Shown piece after piece: positions 58,968 to 64,000 of a stretch of DNA of 64,000 nt. Positions within the stretch are counted from its first letter, which is position 1. Each line of letters begins with the position of its first letter. The position numbers and the translations under genes were made by a program. The stretch is from contig JADGQO010000076.1 of NCBI GenBank assembly GCA_017881725.1, positions 6,190 to 70,189 on the forward strand, given 5' to 3'. This stretch comes from Fibrobacteria bacterium (GTDB lineage: Bacteria; Fibrobacterota; Fibrobacteria; UBA11236). Under the pieces are notes generated by a model that made no database searches, was not told where the DNA came from, and worked only from the letters and a program-made list of their open reading frames with translations.

Positions 58968-60993
58968 GCCAAAACCGCAACCGAAGTCCGTGACGAAAAC
59001 GAATTCCAAACCCGCCGCCAAGCCCAACTCTCCGAAGGCGATTACCCAAGCGGGAACGGCAGATCGAGCCTTATTGAAAGCCCTTGCCAAAGGCGCGGCT
59101 TCTAAACCGACACCCAAACCCACTCCCAAAGCCGAACCAAAAAAACCGGTCTCGGTTCCGGTGGCTAAGCCCAAATCCGCACCGGCCAAGGAAAAAGCGC
59201 TTCCGGCCCCGGCCCAACGCACACAATCACTGGCCGCCCCCACGAGTTCGCGCCCGGCGATTCATGCCGTGGTGGAAAACCTTCAGCCCGTCATCGACGG
59301 AGGCCGCTTTCCGGCCAAAGCCGTTCCTGGCGAAATGATTACGGTGACAGCGGATATTTTCCGTGACGGACATGACAAATGCGAGGCCACCTTGTTGGTG
59401 CGCAAGGCCGGGGCAACCGGATGGTTGCGCTCCCCCATGGTTTTCGTCGACAACGATTCCTGGCAAGGGACTTTCTCCGCCGGAAAGCCGGGAGCTTATG
59501 AATTTACGGTAGAGGCCCGGACCTTGGGGCATGGCGGTTCCGATGCGCCCGCCTATCCGGACGTTCCCTGCCTCTACGCGCCGGTTGCGACGCTGCGCGT
59601 GGATTCCGCGCTGGCTGAATACAGCGCTTGGTATGAAATGTGGGCCCGATCCCAGGGAACGGATCCCAACCGCAGCGCCACCTTCGCGGAAATGACAGCG
59701 CGCCTGCCGGAGATTCAGGACTTGGGTTTCGATGTCATTTACTTGCCGCCCATCCACCCCATCGGCGTCACCAAACGGAAGGGCGCCGATAATACTCTGA
59801 CCGCGCAGCCCGGCGAACCCGGTTGTCCTTATGCCATCGGCAACCAGTTCGGCGGACACAAAGCCGTCGATCCGGAATTGGGCTCCACGCCCGCGAAAGC
59901 CTTGCCCGAGTGCCGGGCATTCATTCAAACCTGCCGCAAGCAAGGCTTCGCCGTTGCCCTGGATTTCGCGCTGAATTGTTCCCCGGATCACCCGTACGTC
60001 AAAGCGCATCCCGATTGGTATTATCGCGAAATGAACGGCACCATCAAATGCGCCGAAAATCCTCCCAAACGTTATGAGGACGTTTATCCCCTCAATTTCT
60101 TTTGCGAAGACCGTGACGCCTTATGGACGGAAATCAAGTCCATCGTCGAATTTTGGATGGGCATGGGCATCACGATTTTCCGCGTCGATAATCCCCATAC
60201 CAAGCCTTTCGCGTTCTGGGAATGGCTGATCGCCGACATTAAACGGCAAGACCCCTCCATCCTTTTCCTTTCGGAAGCGTTTACGCGTCCCAAGGTCATG
60301 AAGCGTCTGGCCAAGGTCGGATTCGACCTGTCCTACACGTATTTCACCTGGCGCATCACCGCCGCTGAGTTGCGCGAGTATGTGGAAGAGCTGGCGCAAT
60401 CGCCCGCGAAAGAATTCATGAAGCCGATTTTCTTCCCGACCACGCCGGATATCCTCCCCTTGCATTTGCAGAACGCGCCGCGCGAGATGTTCATGATCCG
60501 CTTCGCCCTGGCGGCCACCTTGGTAGGTGCCTACGGCATGTACAACGGATATGAGCTTTGCGATAACGCTCCCGTCCCGGGTAAGGAAGAGTTTTTACAT
60601 TCGGAAAAATACCAGTACAAGGTTTGGGACTGGAACAGTCCAGGAAACATCAAGCCGTTCATCCGTAAAATCAACGATATCCGTCGCGAACACCCGGCGA
60701 TGAAAAAGCTGAAGAATATCCGTTTTCACGACTGCAATAACCCCCAATTGCTGGCGTACTCAAAATCGGAAGGCGACAATATCCTGCTTTTCATCGTGAA
60801 CCTGGATCCCTACCATAAACAATCGGGAACGGTCAGCCTCAATCTGGAAGCCATGGGAATCGGAGCGGAGAATATTTACGGGCTCTACGATTTGATGACC
60901 CATGAAAGTTATGTCTGGTCCGGACGCAATAATTACGTGGAACTGACTCCCCACAAGGAAGTTTTGCACGCGTTCAAGATTGAGAAATTTTGA
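58954..60993 (+). CDS. glgE: alpha-1,4-glucan:maltose-1-phosphate maltosyltransferase (GH13_3) with ~95-aa Lys/Pro/Ala-rich N-terminal tail
   Basis: 'RFPAKAVPGEMITVTADIFRDGHD', 'IYLPPIHPIG', 'ENPPKRYEDVYPLNF', 'FRVDNPHTKP' and 'EAFTRPKVM' are GlgE hallmarks. Confidence 0.85.
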   Translation: MPAPKPKPQPKSVTKTNSKPAAKPNSPKAITQAGTADRALLKALAKGAASKPTPKPTPKAEPKKPVSVPVAKPKSAPAKEKALPAPAQRTQSLAAPTSSRPAIHAVVENLQPVIDGGRFPAKAVPGEMITVTADIFRDGHDKCEATLLVRKAGATGWLRSPMVFVDNDSWQGTFSAGKPGAYEFTVEARTLGHGGSDAPAYPDVPCLYAPVATLRVDSALAEYSAWYEMWARSQGTDPNRSATFAEMTARLPEIQDLGFDVIYLPPIHPIGVTKRKGADNTLTAQPGEPGCPYAIGNQFGGHKAVDPELGSTPAKALPECRAFIQTCRKQGFAVALDFALNCSPDHPYVKAHPDWYYREMNGTIKCAENPPKRYEDVYPLNFFCEDRDALWTEIKSIVEFWMGMGITIFRVDNPHTKPFAFWEWLIADIKRQDPSILFLSEAFTRPKVMKRLAKVGFDLSYTYFTWRITAAELREYVEELAQSPAKEFMKPIFFPTTPDILPLHLQNAPREMFMIRFALAATLVGAYGMYNGYELCDNAPVPGKEEFLHSEKYQYKVWDWNSPGNIKPFIRKINDIRREHPAMKKLKNIRFHDCNNPQLLAYSKSEGDNILLFIVNLDPYHKQSGTVSLNLEAMGIGAENIYGLYDLMTHESYVWSGRNNYVELTPHKEVLHAFKIEKF

Positions 60994-60997
60994 CATT

Positions 60998-61178
60998 AGG
61001 GCCTGTTAAGAAATAAGTGGAGCAAAGGAGCCCCCAGATGTGGGTCAGATGGGTTCGATCGGATTGAGCAAAACCTGAGGAATAGCAACGCTATTTCGAT
61101 GGTTTTGCGATTGACGATCGGGCCCAGGTGGCCTGCAGATGGGTGGCGAACTGATTCAGTTATTTCTTAACAGGCCCT
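60998..61178. repeat. MITE-like element family 2, complete copy with 19-bp perfect terminal inverted repeats
   Basis: Left 'AGGGCCTGTTAAGAAATAA' (60998-61016); right 'TTATTTCTTAACAGGCCCT' (61160-61178). Non-coding interior. The right third recurs at 14724-14781. Confidence 0.6.
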
Positions 61179-61335
61179 TAGCCTGAAATAGTTTCGGCAC
61201 TCCGCACAATTCGTAACCGGCGCCCCTTCGTCGAGCCAATGTGTTGGAACATAATGGGTTAAAAAGTCTTATATTAAGATCTTCAACCTTCCCGGCGAAC
61301 CGTATCGGTCGGTCGGCGTCGCGTATGAGGACGTT

Positions 61336-61644
61336 ATGGATAGCAAGGAAACCAAGGATAGCAAGGAAATCAAACTGGATTGCCCCTGTTGCCGCGCGAC
61401 CTTGATCATCGATGCTGCCACCGGTGGCGTCATCAAATTTTTCCCCCATAAGGAAGAGGCGCCCAGCCTGGAGCAATTCATGAAAGCGGACAAAGACCGC
61501 TCGAAGGATCTCGAGTCCAAATTCGCCGAGGCCAAAAAGCTGGAAGATGGCCGCCTGGACATGTTGAAAAAAAAATTCGAATGGGCCAAAAAGAACAAGG
61601 ACAAGCTCCCGGAAGCGCCCAAGCCCGGCATCATGTGGGACTGA
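61336..61644 (+). CDS. small Lys/Glu-rich hypothetical protein with CPCC motif
   Basis: 102 aa; N-terminal 'DSKETKDSKEIK' micro-duplication. 'LDCPCCRATLIID'. The C-terminal half is charged and helical. Confidence 0.4.
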   Translation: MDSKETKDSKEIKLDCPCCRATLIIDAATGGVIKFFPHKEEAPSLEQFMKADKDRSKDLESKFAEAKKLEDGRLDMLKKKFEWAKKNKDKLPEAPKPGIMWD

Positions 61645-61752
61645 TCGCGGGATAAAGCGTAGGTTTCGCCCCGCATTTTTCGCAAGGCGACCCTCACATA
61701 TTTTTGTGATTTTTGTCATATTTACTCTTCAACATATTCCGGATTGGATGAC

Positions 61753-64000
61753 ATGTCAGACGCCTCCACAGCCTTGGAAATCATTCGCTCCGTAGCCCAG
61801 ACCATGCAGGAGTCCGCCTCCACGCAACCGGCCTTGGAAGCGGTGGTCAAGCTGATCTCCGAAAAAATGGAAGTGGACGTCTGTTCCATTTACCTCTACC
61901 AGGGCGAGGATAACCGGCTGGAACTGGCCGCCAGCGAGGGATTGAATCAGGATTCCCGCCGCTTGGTGACCATGACCCCGGGGGAAGGCCTGACGGGCCA
62001 CGTTTTCAGCCAAGGTGAAATCGTCAATATCGCCAATCCCAAAGACGATAAGCGCTACAAGTATTTCCCGAGTCTGGGCGAAGATCGCCTGAATAATTTC
62101 CTGGGCATCCCCATTCCACCGGCACGAAAATTCGGCGCCGGCGTCATGACCCTGCAATCGACCGAAGGCCGGCCCTTTCCGCCCATGGTCGAGGACTTGG
62201 CCTATACCTTGGCGGCGCAACTCGGCTCCCTGCTTGAGAATCGCAGCCTGAAATCCACTTTGCCCGCGGACGTGATGCGCGAACCGACGCCTCCCAAGCA
62301 AGCTCCGCCCTTCGTACGGGCCCAAGTCGCCGTAGGTGGCATCGCCGAAGGACGAGCCGTCATCCTGAAAACCCATCAGGTCTGGGACACCATCATTTTC
62401 ACGGAATGCGGCGACCCGCGCGCGGAAATCGAATTGCTCCACCATGCGCTGGGGTTGGCCCGCAAGGAAAGCGAATGGCTGAAAAAACGCGCCGGGGAAC
62501 TTTTCGCGGAGCTGGACGCGCAAATTTTCGAAGCGCATAAACTGATGCTCTCCGACGAGCATTATATCGGATTGATCGAAAGCTATATCCGCGAGAACAT
62601 GGCCGCGCCCTTCGCGGTCAAACTGGCCACGCGCGAATTGGTGAAGTCCATGTTGGATACCGGCAGCGCCATGCTCGGCAGCCGCGCGGCGGACCTCCGC
62701 GATGTAAGCCTCCGCATTTTGAACGCTTTGGGCGAAGTACAAGAAAACCCCCATGACACCGAAGCCGGGGCGGATATAGAGTCGCATATCGTGGCCGCGG
62801 TGGAACTGCTGCCATCGGATTTGATTTACCTCTCTACGCGGAAAATCTCCGGGATCCTTTGCGAAACCGGCGGCATCACGTCGCATGCGGCAATTCTCGC
62901 GCGCTCCCTCGGGATCCCATGCTTCATGGGCATTCCGGGCCTGACCCAGTATCTGCAAACCGGCACGCGCGTGATCATGGACGGCAACTCCGGACTCATC
63001 TACATCGACCCCGATGTCCATGTACAGCGTGAATATTCCCGGCTTTTGGAAGACTTGGGAACGCGCCAGTTGGAGGTTCCGAATTTCGAAGCCGTCACGC
63101 GCGACGGCCTGCGGGTGCATTTGTCCGGCAACCTCTCCCTGATTTCCGACTTGGAATTGATGGAACAATACGGCATCGAAGGCGTCGGACTGTACCGCTC
63201 CGAATTCTTTTTCATGATCCGCAACCAATTCCCGGATGAGGAAACGCAATACGACATTTACCGCCGCGTCCTGGAGCGTTGCGGCGATCACGGCGCCACT
63301 TTCCGCCTGTTGGACGTAGGCGGTGACAAGCCGCTGAAATATTTCGACTGGGGAAAAGAAGAAAATCCCAGTTTGGGTTGGCGCTCGGTGCGCATGCTGC
63401 TTTCGCGCCCGGACATCCTGCGTCCCCATTTGCGCGCGCTCCTGCGCACGGCGCAGCATGGAAATTTCCGGCTCGTCATACCGATGCTGTCGATGATCAC
63501 CGAATTCCGCGCCATCCAGGCGGAAATCGATTCCGTGCTGGCCGAACTGGAAGCTGAAACCGGCAGCCCTCTGAAGCGCCCGCCCATCGGCGCGATGATC
63601 GAAATCCCCGCCGCCATGATGCAAATCCGCGACTTCGCGAAGGAAGCGGATTTCCTTTCCATCGGCACCAACGATTTGATCCAATACTTATTCGCCATCG
63701 ATCGCGGCAACGAGCGAGTTGCCTCGTATTACCAGCCCTTCCATCCCGCCTTAATCCAGGCCCTGATGCGTATATCCGCCGCCGCCCGCGAATGCGAAAA
63801 ATCCGTCACGGTATGCGGTGAAATGGCTTCGGATCCGCAAGCCCTGCCGCTGTTCCTGGCTTTGGGCATCACCAAATTGTCCATTGCTCCCGCTTCCGCC
63901 GATGCCATCCGTAAGGCTCTGCGTCATTTGGAAGTGCGGGATTGCAAACAACTTCTGGGCCGCATCGCCGTCATGCACACCTCGGAGCAAGTGCGCGCGG
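61753..64000 (+). CDS. ptsP: GAF-domain phosphoenolpyruvate-protein phosphotransferase (EI-Ntr), 3'-truncated by window edge
   Basis: Not in the ORF track because no stop occurs before the window ends. ATG 61753 gives an N-terminal GAF ('CSIYLYQGEDNRLELAASEGL…GEGLTGHV'). In-frame 'GGITSHAAILARSLGIPCFMG' (62869) is the EI phospho-His motif. The 642-aa minus-strand ORF is its shadow. Confidence 0.85.
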   Translation, partial: MSDASTALEIIRSVAQTMQESASTQPALEAVVKLISEKMEVDVCSIYLYQGEDNRLELAASEGLNQDSRRLVTMTPGEGLTGHVFSQGEIVNIANPKDDKRYKYFPSLGEDRLNNFLGIPIPPARKFGAGVMTLQSTEGRPFPPMVEDLAYTLAAQLGSLLENRSLKSTLPADVMREPTPPKQAPPFVRAQVAVGGIAEGRAVILKTHQVWDTIIFTECGDPRAEIELLHHALGLARKESEWLKKRAGELFAELDAQIFEAHKLMLSDEHYIGLIESYIRENMAAPFAVKLATRELVKSMLDTGSAMLGSRAADLRDVSLRILNALGEVQENPHDTEAGADIESHIVAAVELLPSDLIYLSTRKISGILCETGGITSHAAILARSLGIPCFMGIPGLTQYLQTGTRVIMDGNSGLIYIDPDVHVQREYSRLLEDLGTRQLEVPNFEAVTRDGLRVHLSGNLSLISDLELMEQYGIEGVGLYRSEFFFMIRNQFPDEETQYDIYRRVLERCGDHGATFRLLDVGGDKPLKYFDWGKEENPSLGWRSVRMLLSRPDILRPHLRALLRTAQHGNFRLVIPMLSMITEFRAIQAEIDSVLAELEAETGSPLKRPPIGAMIEIPAAMMQIRDFAKEADFLSIGTNDLIQYLFAIDRGNERVASYYQPFHPALIQALMRISAAARECEKSVTVCGEMASDPQALPLFLALGITKLSIAPASADAIRKALRHLEVRDCKQLLGRIAVMHTSEQVRA

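Noticed and set aside
58022-59243. 323-aa (+) and 334-aa (-) ORFs overlapping the GlgM-like gene
   Set aside because: Out-of-frame and antisense shadows. Pro/Arg/Gly-rich with no motifs.
61030-61075. tRNA-like 'GGGTTCGATCGGATT' T-loop resemblance inside MITE family 2
   Set aside because: No complementary T-stem, no acceptor stem and no CCA context. I found no tRNA or rRNA genes in the window.
61756-63684. 642-aa minus-strand ORF (longest ORF in the track for this region)
   Set aside because: The + strand in the same interval encodes a GAF-EI (PtsP) protein with the GGITSHAAI phosphohistidine motif, in frame from ATG 61753. The minus-strand product is low-complexity (G/A/R/H-rich). The + gene is absent from the track only because it has no stop inside the window.

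Overview
A 64-kb chromosomal window, about 57% GC, with dense coding on both strands. The track's first 'M' is often a TTG or GTG codon, so several starts were moved to the first ATG with an upstream RBS.

Housekeeping genes: a hemB 3' end; a type IIA topoisomerase pair (B subunit 650 aa, A subunit with a shortened C-terminal domain); dps; dtd; eno; rnr; and a GAF-PtsP that the ORF track misses because it runs off the window.

Signalling genes: a 1.4k-aa CheB-CheR-PAS-HisKA-HATPase-REC megaprotein followed by a REC-less sigma54 activator; a PAS-LuxR regulator; a PAS-GGDEF cyclase; a second hybrid histidine kinase.

Glycan genes: a roughly 24-kb Wzx/Wzy-type heteropolysaccharide locus. A priming transferase, a three-gene UDP-2,3-diacetamido-sugar module, a deacetylase, three glycosyltransferases, Wzx, Wzy, a FemAB/CelD-like acyltransferase, AsnB and a pyruvyl transferase all sit on the + strand. 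Wza and Wzc are transcribed divergently, and two SAM methyltransferases lie convergent at the far end. Two paralogous right-handed beta-helix proteins bracket the locus. A second small GT32/GT4/DUF2334 cluster and a GlgM-like/GlgE alpha-glucan pair are also present.

One secreted protein ends in a T9SS-type C-terminal sorting domain, which points to an FCB-superphylum-like host (inference). The segment at about 11.4-21.2 kb is markedly AT-richer than the rest.

Two families of MITE-like inverted-repeat elements occupy intergenic gaps (hemB 3' and parE/parC; after the beta-helix gene and after glgE). No CRISPR array, rRNA or tRNA gene, or recognisable defence operon was seen.

The candidates for further work are the methylation-enzyme-fused kinase plus its REC-less activator, the beta-helix-bracketed polysaccharide island, an unrecognised 8-blade repeat T9SS cargo protein, and the two repeat families.
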